NCBI GenBank assembly: GCA_965217185.1
Contig: OZ244252.1
Span: 2,240,001-2,304,000 of the forward strand
Source of the DNA: an uncultured Candidatus Entotheonella sp.
Lineage (GTDB): Bacteria > Tectomicrobia > Entotheonellia > Entotheonellales > Entotheonellaceae
Direction of reading: 5' to 3'
DNA: 64,000 bases
Part shown: in pieces, positions 1-11,298 of the stretch
How positions within the stretch are numbered: position 1 is the stretch's first letter
Layout: each line of letters opens with the position of its first letter
Translations under genes and position numbers: made by a program
Notes under the pieces: model-generated
Told to the model about the DNA's origin: nothing
The model's input: the letters and a program-made list of their open reading frames with translations, nothing else
Databases searched by the model: none

Positions 1-324
1 CATGTCACCAAAGGTATGAGGCGGGTTGTCCTGGAACTGCACAAACGGTCTGTCGCGCAAGGCCGCCCCTTGCTTGGCAAGAATCGCGCCCAGCACCCAG
101 CCGGTTTTGTCAACCGCCCCCATTTCTTTTTCTCCTCCCCCGTTTGAGTTCTCATGCCCGCGGACGCCATCGTGTAATGGAAAGCAAGCGATGGCGCCAC
201 GCGACGGGCATACCGATCCAGTACGTCTGCTATAATACCGTGCCCTTAACAGCAAGAAAAATCACGCTGCCAGCGCAGGCGGCTTGGTGCGGCTTGGGAC
301 AGTTTCGCAAAAGAGGACAGACAG

Positions 325-1383
325 ATGTACATTGACTCGGTGCTTGGGCGGGTACGCGGCTGCATTCGGACGATGCACGGGTACGTTCCGGGCAAGCAGC
401 CCACGGAAGGGCAATACGTCAAGCTGAACACCAACGAAAATCCGTATCCACCGTCACCCGCCGTGATCGAGGCACTGCGGCAGGCGGTCAACGGGGATCT
501 GCGGTTTTACAGCGATCCGCTGGCCACGCCCTTGCGGGAGGAAGCCGCCCGACACTACGGCTGCGCGCCCGACGAGGTCATCGTCGGCAACGGCTCCGAC
601 GACGTGCTGACGATGATTTTCCGCACCTTCCTGGATGTCGGGGACATCCTTGTCACGCCGGCACCGAGCTACTCGCTATACCAGGTGCTCAGCGCCTTGC
701 AGGACGCGGATTACCGGGAAATCCCCATGGGCCCCGATTACACCCTGCCGGAGGGCCTCGACGCCTGCGGCGCCAAACTGATCTTCATCGTCAATCCCAA
801 CGCCCCCACCGGCGCACTGCATCCGGCCGGCGCCCTGCGCGACTTCCTGGCCTGTAGCAACAGCATGGTCGTACTGGACGAAGCCTACGCCGATTTTGCC
901 GGTGAGAGCGCCATCGACCTGTTGCCCGAGTTTCCCAATTTGATCGTGGTGCGAACGTTTTCGAAATCCTACGCGCTGGCGGGCATGCGCTTAGGGCTGG
1001 GTTTTGCGCGGCGGGAAGTCATTGCGCAGATGATGAAAGTGAAGGATTCGTACAACCTCGACCGGCTGGCGATTGTGGCCGGTTGCGCGGCGCTCCAGGA
1101 TCAGGCATGGCTGCGTGAGACGACGGAGCGCATCATCCGCACTCGCACAGACGTGTTGGAGGCGTTGACGGCCATGGGGCTACACGTGCCGCCTTCACGG
1201 AGCAACTTCGTGTTTCCGCGCATCCCGGATGGGCGCGCCGCCGAGGTCTATCAGGCCCTCGAAGCGCGCCGCATCCTGGTACGCTACTTCACCGCTCCGC
1301 TGGTCGCCGATTCCTTACGCGTGACGGTAGGAACCGACGACGACATGGCCACTTTCGTCGAGGCGCTGAGCGCCCTGCTGTAA
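325..1383 (+). CDS. hisC: Histidinol-phosphate aminotransferase (class I/II PLP aminotransferase)
   Basis: KLNTNENPYPPSP, GNGSDD, NPNAPTG, DEAY and RTFSKSYALAGMRLG (PLP lysine) motifs; GAGG RBS; TGCTATAAT extended -10 at 228-236. Confidence 0.92.
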   Translation: MYIDSVLGRVRGCIRTMHGYVPGKQPTEGQYVKLNTNENPYPPSPAVIEALRQAVNGDLRFYSDPLATPLREEAARHYGCAPDEVIVGNGSDDVLTMIFRTFLDVGDILVTPAPSYSLYQVLSALQDADYREIPMGPDYTLPEGLDACGAKLIFIVNPNAPTGALHPAGALRDFLACSNSMVVLDEAYADFAGESAIDLLPEFPNLIVVRTFSKSYALAGMRLGLGFARREVIAQMMKVKDSYNLDRLAIVAGCAALQDQAWLRETTERIIRTRTDVLEALTAMGLHVPPSRSNFVFPRIPDGRAAEVYQALEARRILVRYFTAPLVADSLRVTVGTDDDMATFVEALSALL

Positions 1384-1446
1384 ACCGGAAGGTGCTCGGT
1401 GGCGAGTGAACGATGCCGGCCACTCGCCACGAAACCAACCACCCCT

Positions 1447-2847
1447 CTAGCGGGAACTGGTGGCGGAAACGAAATCGCTGTATGCCGGCATACCATGCTC
1501 GCCTTGATCCAGCCCTTCCACTTCCTCTTCCTCCGACACCCGCAGACCCATCACCGATTTGATAATGCCGAAGAAGATCAGGGAGGCGACGACGCAGACG
1601 ACGCCATAGGAAACGACGCCAATGATCTGCGTGACCAGTTGTCCGGCTCCGGCCTTGGCGCCGAAAATGCCCACGGCCAAAGTGCCCCAGATGCCGCAAA
1701 CGAGGTGGACGGACACGGCGCCCACCGGGTCATCTACCCGCACTCGGTCGAAGAAGACAACCGAGAAATACACGATCACGCCGGCGATCAAGCCAATCAA
1801 GAGCGCCGAGTGCAGGCCCATGAGATCGGCGCCGGCGGTGATACCCACCAGTCCGGCCAGAATGCCGTTCAGGCCCATGGACAGGTCCGGCTTCTTGGAG
1901 AAAATCCAGGAGGTGTACATGGCTGCCAGGCCACCGGCAGCGGCAGCGATGCACGTGGTCATCAGGGTCAGCGAGGTAGCTGCCGGGTCGGCGCTCAGAA
2001 CAGAGCCGCCGTTGAACCCGAACCAACCGAGCCACAGCAGAAAGACACCGATGGTAGCCAGCGGCATGTTGTGGCCGGGCAGCGCGCGAATTCTGTCGCC
2101 CACGTATTTGCCACGCCGGGCGCCCAGCATGATGGTGCCGATGAGGGCCGCCCAACCGCCAACGCTGTGTACGAGCGTGGAACCGGCGAAGTCGTAGAAG
2201 CCCATCGCGTCCAGCCAGCCGCCGCCCCATTTCCAGGAGCCGACCCAGGGGTAGATCAAGCTCACGTACAACACCGTGAAGATCATGAACGAGCTCAGCT
2301 TGATGCGTTCGGCCACGGCGCCGGAAACGATAGTGGCCGCAGTTGCCGCGAACATGGCCTGAAACAGAAAGTCCGTCCAATACGTGTAGCCTACGTTGTA
2401 AGCCTGCGTGACGCCCGTGTCGTCGGTGCCCAGCCCGAAGCCCGCGAAGCCCAGAAAGCCGTTGAAGTCGCCCGGGTACATCAAGTTAAAGCCGATGTAG
2501 GCGTAGCTGATAATCCCGAAGCAGACGATGAAGGTATTCTTGAACAGGATGTTGACGGTGTTTTTCTGCTGCGTCAGCCCGCTTTCCAGCGTGGCGAAAC
2601 CCAGGTGCATGATGAAGACCAAGCCGGTGCAGAGCATCATCCACAGATTGTTGGCGGTGAAAACGCCCATGGACACGCCTTCATCGGCGGGCGCCGCTGC
2701 TGGCGCTGCTTCGGCGGCCACAGCTTCAGTGGCCGCCGGTGCGGGTACGGTGTCTTGGGCCAGGGCCGCTGCCGTCGTGAAGGCGACCGCGAACGCGATG
2801 AGGAGCAGCAGGGTTGGAAGCCATTTCGGAGCGCGTAGGGTGTACAT
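1447..2847 (-). CDS. amt: Ammonium transporter (Amt family) with N-terminal signal peptide and Ala/Pro-rich linker
   Basis: FQAMFAATAATIVSGAVAER, DFAGSTLVHSVGG, WLGWFGFNGGS and DDPVGAVSVH motifs; both conserved His present; GGAGG RBS. Confidence 0.96.
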   Translation of the reverse strand: MYTLRAPKWLPTLLLLIAFAVAFTTAAALAQDTVPAPAATEAVAAEAAPAAAPADEGVSMGVFTANNLWMMLCTGLVFIMHLGFATLESGLTQQKNTVNILFKNTFIVCFGIISYAYIGFNLMYPGDFNGFLGFAGFGLGTDDTGVTQAYNVGYTYWTDFLFQAMFAATAATIVSGAVAERIKLSSFMIFTVLYVSLIYPWVGSWKWGGGWLDAMGFYDFAGSTLVHSVGGWAALIGTIMLGARRGKYVGDRIRALPGHNMPLATIGVFLLWLGWFGFNGGSVLSADPAATSLTLMTTCIAAAAGGLAAMYTSWIFSKKPDLSMGLNGILAGLVGITAGADLMGLHSALLIGLIAGVIVYFSVVFFDRVRVDDPVGAVSVHLVCGIWGTLAVGIFGAKAGAGQLVTQIIGVVSYGVVCVVASLIFFGIIKSVMGLRVSEEEEVEGLDQGEHGMPAYSDFVSATSSR

Positions 2848-2918
2848 GCTTACCTCCTGTACAGGTGGATCGTGTCAGGTTGAGATTCCGTCCTTGGTGT
2901 TGGCTCCCTCGTGAGTAG

Positions 2919-2934
2919 AGCAAATCTTATGCCA
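2919..2934 (-). promoter_or_regulatory. Sigma54 -24/-12 promoter for amt
   Basis: Minus strand reads TGGCATAAGATTTGCT (GG-N10-GC), about 70 bp upstream of the amt start codon. Confidence 0.85.
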
Positions 2935-2975
2935 GCTAGGAAGTGGCTTGTCGAAAAGTCGCTCAAGCGGTACGG

Positions 2976-2988
2976 AATCAATGGCTTA
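2976..2988 (+). promoter_or_regulatory. IHF-binding site
   Basis: AATCAATGGCTTA matches the WATCAANNNNTTR consensus and lies between the amt sigma54 promoter and the UAS cluster. Confidence 0.6.
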
Positions 2989-3042
2989 GACGTTTAGGGA
3001 CGGGGGGTCGGAAGGACGGAGGGTTGTCCCAACTGCTCACAG

Positions 3043-3106
3043 CCGACGACTTTGTCGGAAAGACAACATTGTTGTGTTCAAGTACGACAATGTCGGGATT
3101 CTGTCG
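3043..3106. promoter_or_regulatory. Putative upstream activator sequences for the sigma54 activator
   Basis: CCGAC-N6-GTCGG (3043-3058), TGT-N10-ACA (3053-3068), ACAACA-T-TGTTGT (3063-3075), CGACA-A-TGTCG (3085-3095). Confidence 0.55.
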
Positions 3107-3196
3107 CCGGCGATGAACGGGCCGCTGGGTATTCTGATTTTCAAGGATGCGGGTTTACGGCGGTTACAGCGCATGGTGTCTGTAGGTTTCGGGTTT

Positions 3197-3212
3197 TGGC
3201 ACATAACTTGCT
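3197..3212 (+). promoter_or_regulatory. Sigma54 -24/-12 promoter for the NifA-like gene
   Basis: TGGCACATAACTTGCT matches the TGGCAC-N5-TTGC consensus exactly. Confidence 0.85.
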
Positions 3213-3307
3213 CTGTATAGGTTATCAAAAAACCCTCTCTATTGCCCGGCACCGGCTGCCCTCTCCCGGTCGGTGCCGGGCGAAGCCGGACCGAGGAACC
3301 CGTCAAC

Positions 3308-4843
<1,536 letters not shown>

Positions 4844-4959
4844 GCCTTCTCGGATGCACGCCTGGAGACGGATGCCTTAGAATGCGATGCCACTTTAACG
4901 GTACCAGCGCACGCCGGGAGGTGGTGTCCTGGCGAGTAACGCATTCGGAAGAGGGAAAT

Positions 4960-5244
4960 ATGTTGACCTACAAAGCGATGTATAAGTTCCTCGATCATGG
5001 GGTGCATGCCGAAGTGCTGGATTTTCCGGGTACGATCACCCACGGCGAAAATCTGCGCGAAGCCCGTCGGCTACTGGCAAGCGCCTTAGTGGACATGGCC
5101 GAAACCGCCTTGCTCCAGGGTGAACCGCTCCCGCAGCCTGATCCGTCTTGCACCGATTCAGAGGCCGATTTGGAGGAGCCTATTCACTTGCTGCTGACCG
5201 CAGCGTCCCAAGTCAGCGTTGTGCCCCAGACGGCCTTGTCATGA
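4960..5244 (+). CDS. hicB: HicB-family antitoxin (short form)
   Basis: AEVLDFPGTITHGENLREARRLLASAL...GEPLP HicB pattern; ATGA overlap with the next gene. Confidence 0.8.
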   Translation: MLTYKAMYKFLDHGVHAEVLDFPGTITHGENLREARRLLASALVDMAETALLQGEPLPQPDPSCTDSEADLEEPIHLLLTAASQVSVVPQTALS

Positions 5245-5429
5245 AACGGCGAGACCTCCTACGTGACTTACATCAGCACGGCTGTCGGCTGGTGAGAGAA
5301 GGGGGAGAACACTCGATCTGGGGGAATCCTACAACGCATCGGCGCGCGTCCATTCCACGCCACGGCGAGATCCCCAGGTTCACTGTCTTACGTATCTGCA
5401 AACAATTGGAAGTGCCCACGCCCGCTTGA
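5241..5429 (+). CDS. hicA: HicA-family toxin (mRNA interferase)
   Basis: MKRRDLLRDL...REGGEHSIW...SIPRHGEI...ICKQL, 62 aa. Confidence 0.88.
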   Translation: MKRRDLLRDLHQHGCRLVREGGEHSIWGNPTTHRRASIPRHGEIPRFTVLRICKQLEVPTPA

Positions 5430-5458
5430 GGACCGGGGCCGGATCGTCTGCCTCGCAG

Positions 5459-6094
5459 CTAGAGCAGCGGGCCTACGGCCTTGGCCATGGCCTCGCCGAG
5501 CGTGGCGTGCTGGTCGGCGTCGAGATGGACGCCATCAACATTGCTGGAAGTCGTCACGGTAGCCGCGTCGCAGAAAGCACAGTCAAGGCTGTCGGCGACC
5601 TCACGGTACACCTCGGCCAAACCCGCACATTTCTCCTCACCCCCCACGAATTTGCTGGCGATAGGCCCCTTGGGCGTGCGAATGGGCGGCGGTGTCGCCA
5701 CCAACACCGGCGGAACCGGCATGCCCGGCTCGATGGGCGCCTGGCGGATGGCGTCAACCAAGGCGGCAATCCCCTGGGCTGCGTGCCAGGCGTTGTGTGG
5801 GTGCATGGACTGAAAATCGTTGGTGCCCAGCATCAGGATCACCAAGGCCAGGGGCGAGTGGATTTCGATCCGCTGCGCCAGCCCCTCTAAGCCGTTGCGC
5901 CCCGGTTTGTACGGATCCTCCCACACCGTGCGCCGCCCGTTGAGACAGTCCTCGTGCACCCGCACGTTCCGGCCCTCAGCGTTCAAAATAGTCTCCATCA
6001 CCCCCGGCCAGCGCGCTTCAAACGCCAGCCGTTTGCGCGTCAGCGGAATGATGCCCCACGAGAGCGAATCGGCGTAAACCAAGATGTCCTGCAC
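5459..6094 (-). CDS. SGNH/GDSL hydrolase (arylesterase-like)
   Basis: ADSLSWG, LNGRRT, MLGTND and DGVH blocks; GTG start after AAGGAG. Confidence 0.88.
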   Translation of the reverse strand: MQDILVYADSLSWGIIPLTRKRLAFEARWPGVMETILNAEGRNVRVHEDCLNGRRTVWEDPYKPGRNGLEGLAQRIEIHSPLALVILMLGTNDFQSMHPHNAWHAAQGIAALVDAIRQAPIEPGMPVPPVLVATPPPIRTPKGPIASKFVGGEEKCAGLAEVYREVADSLDCAFCDAATVTTSSNVDGVHLDADQHATLGEAMAKAVGPLL

Positions 6095-6108
6095 CCGGTT
6101 CTCCTTTT

Positions 6109-6822
6109 TTAGAATCCGAACCACCCGTCTTGCGGCAGCAGGTTGTGCCGGATGGCGTCGTACAGCTTGACATCGCCTACCTCCTGGATAAAACTCGCCA
6201 ATTCCGGCACGAAGAAATACAGGGCAAGGGTGGCGATGATGAGCGCGATGGACGCCTTCAGATACGTGAAACTGATCGGTTTCAGCGCTGTGCCGAACGA
6301 CTTCTTCAAACGGACTCCTAGCATGTCCACGCTGTACAGTTCATCGAGAAGCAAGTGAACCAAATAGCCAAACACGATGAAACAGCCTGAGAGCCACGCC
6401 AGAACGCTGGGCAGTGCGAAGACATCGTGCAGCAGTGTGGCGCTCAGAAAGCAGAAGAACACCGCCGCGAGCAGGGAGTGAAAGACGCCGCGATGCACCG
6501 TGAATCGTTTGAACAATTCGAAGACGAGATAGCGCACGATCACGAACACGGCAACCCACAGAATAATTGATTCGACTATCGAGTAGGTACCGATTTTGCT
6601 GAAGACACTGAAGAAGGCCGCCAGGGTGGCCAGACAACTGAACAGGATGTTGACGGGAATGGAGTGGTCGGAATCGATGTCGGGCAGGATGCCGCCCACC
6701 GTTCCCATGGTGAAGAACAGCAGCGCGTCTTTCGGCTCGGCGAGGCCCGTCTGCAAACACCCCACCGCCAGGGCGCCACTGAGGGTGCCGGCCACCGACA
6801 GATGGGTTTTGAAGTTTGCCAT
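6109..6822 (-). CDS. Membrane-bound metal-dependent hydrolase (YdjM-like)
   Basis: MANFKTH, LPDID, HRGVFHS and HLLLD motifs plus several transmembrane segments; the N-terminal extension of the ORF is antisense to the next gene. Confidence 0.85.
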   Translation of the reverse strand: MANFKTHLSVAGTLSGALAVGCLQTGLAEPKDALLFFTMGTVGGILPDIDSDHSIPVNILFSCLATLAAFFSVFSKIGTYSIVESIILWVAVFVIVRYLVFELFKRFTVHRGVFHSLLAAVFFCFLSATLLHDVFALPSVLAWLSGCFIVFGYLVHLLLDELYSVDMLGVRLKKSFGTALKPISFTYLKASIALIIATLALYFFVPELASFIQEVGDVKLYDAIRHNLLPQDGWFGF

Positions 6823-6954
6823 TTCGGGAAGGTCCTTGAGTGTGGGCCGAAGCCGTGCTGAGGGCGATGTCCGCGACGCGCGGCCCCCGTGTGGCGGCAT
6901 TGTATACCGCCCGGTTTCAGGCGTGCAAACCACGCCGCACCTTGGAGAAAACAG

Positions 6955-7920
6955 ATGACAGGCGTTCCGACATTTGACGACGTTCAAGAAGCGGCGACTC
7001 GTCTTCAGGGGCTCGTGCATCGCACCCCGGTGCTGACCTGTTCCAGCCTGGACGACCGGGTCGGCGCGCAGGTTTTCTGTAAGTGCGAGAATTTCCAGAG
7101 GGTGGGTGCTTTCAAGTTTCGCGGCGCGTGCAATGCCGTCATGTTGCTGTCGGACGCCGAAGCACAGCGTGGCGTCGCCACGCATTCGTCGGGCAACCAC
7201 GGCGCCGCCCTGGCTCTCGCTGCCCGCTTGCGCGGCGTGCCGGCCCGCATCGTCATGCCCACCAATGCGCCGGAGAGCAAGAAGGCCGCGGTGGCTGGTT
7301 ACGGCGCCACGATTGTGTATTGCGAACCGACCCAAGAGGCGAGGGAGGCCACCCTGGAAGCCGTTGTGCGTGAAACCGGTGCCGCATTCGTACATCCCTA
7401 CGACAACGCCAAGGTCATCGCCGGCCAGGGTACCGCGGCCCTGGAACTTTGTGCCGAGGTTCCGGAACTTGACGTGATTCTGGCGCCCGTAGGCGGCGGC
7501 GGCTTGATCAGCGGCACGGCACTGACCGCGGCGGCGTGCAGCCCCGGTACCCAAGTCGTGGCGGCGGAGCCCGAGGCGGCGGACGATGCCTACCGTTCGC
7601 TGGCGGCCGGCAGAATTTTGCCGGCCAATTATCCGAACACGGTCGCCGACGGTTTGCGCACGTCGCTCGGTGACCTCACCTTTGCGGTTATCCAGCGCCA
7701 CGTGGCGCAGATCGTCACCGTGAGCGAAGAAGCCATCATCGCGGCAATGCGTTACGTGTGGGAGCGCATGAAGATCATCATCGAACCATCGTCCGCCGTG
7801 CCTATCGCTGCCCTGCTGGACAACCGTCTGGACGTGTCCGGCAAGCGTGTTGGCGTGATGCTGACCGGCGGCAACGTCGATCTGGGCCGGTTGCCTTGGG
7901 CGGCGGCGCCATCCCCATAA
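6955..7920 (+). CDS. PLP-dependent serine/threonine dehydratase (serine racemase-like)
   Basis: KCENFQRVGAFKFRGA, SSGNHG, PVGGGGL, EPSSA and TGGNVD motifs. Confidence 0.9.
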   Translation: MTGVPTFDDVQEAATRLQGLVHRTPVLTCSSLDDRVGAQVFCKCENFQRVGAFKFRGACNAVMLLSDAEAQRGVATHSSGNHGAALALAARLRGVPARIVMPTNAPESKKAAVAGYGATIVYCEPTQEAREATLEAVVRETGAAFVHPYDNAKVIAGQGTAALELCAEVPELDVILAPVGGGGLISGTALTAAACSPGTQVVAAEPEAADDAYRSLAAGRILPANYPNTVADGLRTSLGDLTFAVIQRHVAQIVTVSEEAIIAAMRYVWERMKIIIEPSSAVPIAALLDNRLDVSGKRVGVMLTGGNVDLGRLPWAAAPSP

Positions 7921-7952
7921 TCCCAGAACCAGCGTTTACGACGAGGAGTGCC

Positions 7953-9440
7953 GTGAGCAAGCAGCATGACATCATCATCATTGGCGCCGGCAACGCCGCC
8001 CTGTGCGCGGCCATTGCGGCTTGTGAGCAGGGTGCCAGCGTTCTGGCTCTGGAAAAGGCGCCCGAGTATTTTCGCGGCGGCAATACCTATTTCACCGGCG
8101 GCATCATTCGCTGCGCCTACAACGGCCTCGACGACCTCAAGCAGCTCATTCCCGACATGTCGCCGCAGGAGGAAGCATCGGTCGAAGTCGGTCAGTACAC
8201 CGAAGACGACTTTTACGACGACCTGATGCGGGTTTCCAACGGCCTCACCGATCCCGAGTTGGCTCAGATACTGGTGACCGAGTCGTTCCCGACGCTCAAG
8301 TGGCTGCAGGAGCGCGGCGTACGATTCGTGCTCGCCTTCGGGCGCCAGGCGTTCAAGCGCGGCGACAAATACCACTTCTGGGGCGGCCTGCTGGTGGAAG
8401 CGGTGGGCGCCGGCAAGGGCCTGTCGGACCAGCAATTCGAGGTGGCGGAGCGCATGGGCGTCGAAATCCGCTACGGCACCAAGGGCGTGCGGCTGTTGCA
8501 GGATCAGCAGGGCGGCGTGACCGGCGTGACGGTCCAGGGACCGCAGGGGTTTGAGGACCTGCACGGCAAGGCCGTCATTCTGGCCTGCGGCGGCTTTGAG
8601 TCCAACGCCGAGATGCGCACGCGCTACCTCGGACCCGGCTGGGAGTTGGCCAAGGTGCGGGGCATCCCCTACAACACCGGCGACGGCATTCGCATGGCGC
8701 TGGACATCAGCGCCCAGCCGTACGGTCACTGGAGCGGCTGTCACGCCGTGGCCTGGGACCTGAACGCGCCACCGACCGGTGATCGCACCATCACGGAGTT
8801 GTACCAAAAGCACTCCTACCCGTTCGGCATTATCGTCAACGCCGAGGGCCAGCGCTTCGTCGACGAGGGGGCGGATTTTCGCAACTACACCTATGCCAAG
8901 TACGGGCGCGAGATTCTGCACCAGCCGATGGGCATGGCGGTCCAGATTTTCGACGACAAAGTCAAACACCTGCTGCGCGACGAGTATCACATCCCCCAGG
9001 TGTCCAAGGCGGAAGCCGACACGATTGCGGACCTGGCGGATCAATTGGGCATCGACCGCGACGGGCTGGAGCGGACCGTCGCGGCGTTCAACGCCGCCGT
9101 GCAGCCGGGCGACTACAATCCCACCGAGCTCGACGGCAAGGCGACCCAGGGCATTTCGCCGCCCAAGTCCAACTGGGCCCTGCCCATCGACACGCCGCCG
9201 TTCGTCGGCTACGCGGTGACGTGCGGCATCACCTTTACGTTCGGCGGGCTGCGCATCGATACGCGCGGGCAGGTGCTCGACACCGAAGGCAATCCCATTG
9301 CCAACCTGTACGCCGCCGGGGAGCTAGTCGGTGGGGTGTTTTATCACAACTACCCCGGTGGCTCCGGGCTGACGTCTGGCGCCGTGTTCGGCCGCTTGGC
9401 GGGCGCCAGCGCCGCCGCGGACATCGCCGGTCGGGAGTAA
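7953..9440 (+). CDS. tcuA: FAD-dependent tricarballylate dehydrogenase TcuA-like flavoprotein
   Basis: GAGNAALCAA, RGGNTYFTGG, GGFESN, YNTGDG, RFVDEGADFRNYTYAKYG, GITFTFGGL and NYPGGSGL motifs; GTG after GAGGAG. Confidence 0.78.
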   Translation: MSKQHDIIIIGAGNAALCAAIAACEQGASVLALEKAPEYFRGGNTYFTGGIIRCAYNGLDDLKQLIPDMSPQEEASVEVGQYTEDDFYDDLMRVSNGLTDPELAQILVTESFPTLKWLQERGVRFVLAFGRQAFKRGDKYHFWGGLLVEAVGAGKGLSDQQFEVAERMGVEIRYGTKGVRLLQDQQGGVTGVTVQGPQGFEDLHGKAVILACGGFESNAEMRTRYLGPGWELAKVRGIPYNTGDGIRMALDISAQPYGHWSGCHAVAWDLNAPPTGDRTITELYQKHSYPFGIIVNAEGQRFVDEGADFRNYTYAKYGREILHQPMGMAVQIFDDKVKHLLRDEYHIPQVSKAEADTIADLADQLGIDRDGLERTVAAFNAAVQPGDYNPTELDGKATQGISPPKSNWALPIDTPPFVGYAVTCGITFTFGGLRIDTRGQVLDTEGNPIANLYAAGELVGGVFYHNYPGGSGLTSGAVFGRLAGASAAADIAGRE

Positions 9441-9445
9441 AGCGC

Positions 9446-10246
9446 ATGGCCTTGCACGTGATTGTGACCGCCAAACAGGTGATCGATCCCGACATGCCGT
9501 TGTCGGCCATGCGCATTGCCGACGATGCCCGGCAGGTGGTGACGCCCGCCACACTGCCCCCGGTGGTGAACGGCTTTGACGAGATCGCCGTGGAGGCAGC
9601 GCTGCGGCTCAAGGACAGTCACGGCGCCAAAGTCACCGTCCTCTCCGTGGGCGGTCAATTCAACCTGGACATCATCAAAAAGCCGCTGGCCATGGGCGCC
9701 GACGCCCTGGTTCTGTGCCAGGACGCGGCTTTCGATAATCTGTCGGACAGTTTTGTCACCGCACAGGTTCTGGCCGCGGCAGTCCGCAAAATTGACGCCT
9801 TTGACCTGCTGCTGTGCGGTCGCCAGGCCTCGGATTGGGACAACGCCCAGGTGCCCTTGCTGCTTGCCGAAATGCTCGACGTGCCTTGCGTCCCGTTGGC
9901 GCAGAAGGTGGATGTTGAACAGGACTGCGTGGTCGTCGAGCAGTTGGTACCCGGTGGTTACGACGTGGTGGAAGCCGCCCTGCCGGCCCTCGTGACCGTG
10001 AGCAACGAGCTCGGCGCGCCGCGCTACCCGAACATGCGGAACCTGATGGCCGCGAAACGAAAGCGCCCTGTGGTTTGGACGCATGCCGATTTGAACCTGG
10101 ATACCGCTACTTTGTCCGCCCGCGTGGAGATCCTCCAGTTGCTGTCGCCGCAACGCACCCGGGAATGCGAATTCATCGCCGCTGAAGATGGCGTCATAGC
10201 CGGGAAAAAGCTGGCCGCGACGCTCCACGAGGCCGGCCTCATCTGA
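9446..10246 (+). CDS. etfB: Electron transfer flavoprotein beta subunit
   Basis: KQVIDPD, AVEAALRLK, LAMGAD, CGRQASD and PRYP motifs. Confidence 0.92.
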   Translation: MALHVIVTAKQVIDPDMPLSAMRIADDARQVVTPATLPPVVNGFDEIAVEAALRLKDSHGAKVTVLSVGGQFNLDIIKKPLAMGADALVLCQDAAFDNLSDSFVTAQVLAAAVRKIDAFDLLLCGRQASDWDNAQVPLLLAEMLDVPCVPLAQKVDVEQDCVVVEQLVPGGYDVVEAALPALVTVSNELGAPRYPNMRNLMAAKRKRPVVWTHADLNLDTATLSARVEILQLLSPQRTRECEFIAAEDGVIAGKKLAATLHEAGLI

Positions 10247-10265
10247 TTGCACGGGAGCAAGGCAC

Positions 10266-11255
10266 ATGGCAGCAGGACGAGGCGTATTGATCGTCGGAGA
10301 GGCTGGGAACGGGGGGCTGAGCCCGGCAACCGCCGAACTCCTGGCAGCCGGACGGGCGCTTCAGGAGAGCCTTGAGGGAGAACTGGCGGTAGGACTGGTC
10401 GGGCATGATTTGGCGGCGGGCGCGGCGGAATCACTGCAAGCCGGCGCCGAACGGGTCTACACCGTCGATGATCCGCTACTGCAGGATTTGCCGGCCGACC
10501 TGTGCCTGAGCGCGCTGGCGAGGCTTTGCCAGGCAACCACGCCGGAAGTCATGCTCTTTGCCCGTTCGGCCTGGGCGCGTGAGTTGGCCCCGCGCCTGGC
10601 GGGCCGGCTGGGCGTCGGCCTATTGCAGGATTGTCTGGAAGTGGGTATCGAGCCCGACAGTGGTCGCTTGACGGCGTTGCGTCCGGTATACGGCGGCAAT
10701 TTTTTGGCCCGTGTGCGGTGCACCGCCTCCCCGCAGATAGCGGTTCTGCGTTCGCAGGCGTACGAGCCGCTGGCACCGGACCCGAACCGGCAGGGTGAAG
10801 TCGTGGCCGTGCCGGTAGACCTGGACGCCTCGCAATCGCGCGCGCGGGTGGTGCGGCGCGTCCGACATGAGCATTCCGGCGTCAGCTTGACCGAAGCCCG
10901 CGTCGTCATTTCCGGGGGCCGCGGGCTGGGCGGCCCGGAACCTTTCCGCGATCTGGAAGAACTGGCCGGCATGCTCGGGGCCGCGGTCGGCGCCTCGCGC
11001 GCTGCGGTGGACGCCGGCTGGGTTCCCGGCCATTGGCAAGTTGGCCTGACTGGGGCCACGGTGACTCCGGAACTCTACCTCACCGTTGGCATTTCCGGCG
11101 CCAGCCAACACATGGCCGGGTGCTCGGGCGCCAAGGTGATTGTGGCGATTAACACGGACGCCGAGGCGCCGATCTTTCGGGAAGCGCGCTACGGCGTCGT
11201 TGCGGATTGGCAGGCGGTACTGCCGGCCTTCATGGAAGCCGTACGCAACCTGTAA
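10266..11255 (+). CDS. etfA: Electron transfer flavoprotein alpha subunit
   Basis: [32 protein letters not shown] and [11 protein letters not shown] motifs. Confidence 0.94.
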   Translation: MAAGRGVLIVGEAGNGGLSPATAELLAAGRALQESLEGELAVGLVGHDLAAGAAESLQAGAERVYTVDDPLLQDLPADLCLSALARLCQATTPEVMLFARSAWARELAPRLAGRLGVGLLQDCLEVGIEPDSGRLTALRPVYGGNFLARVRCTASPQIAVLRSQAYEPLAPDPNRQGEVVAVPVDLDASQSRARVVRRVRHEHSGVSLTEARVVISGGRGLGGPEPFRDLEELAGMLGAAVGASRAAVDAGWVPGHWQVGLTGATVTPELYLTVGISGASQHMAGCSGAKVIVAINTDAEAPIFREARYGVVADWQAVLPAFMEAVRNL

Positions 11256-11298
11256 AGCCCTCCTGGCAGGATGGGTTTGTGGAAGGGGTGACCACAAC

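Noticed and set aside
1399..2838. Long plus-strand ORF (479 aa) opposite amt; similar long antisense ORFs opposite dnaK (50921-52534), the M61 peptidase and tcuA
   Set aside because: Shadow ORFs expected from high-GC codon bias; no motifs or RBS
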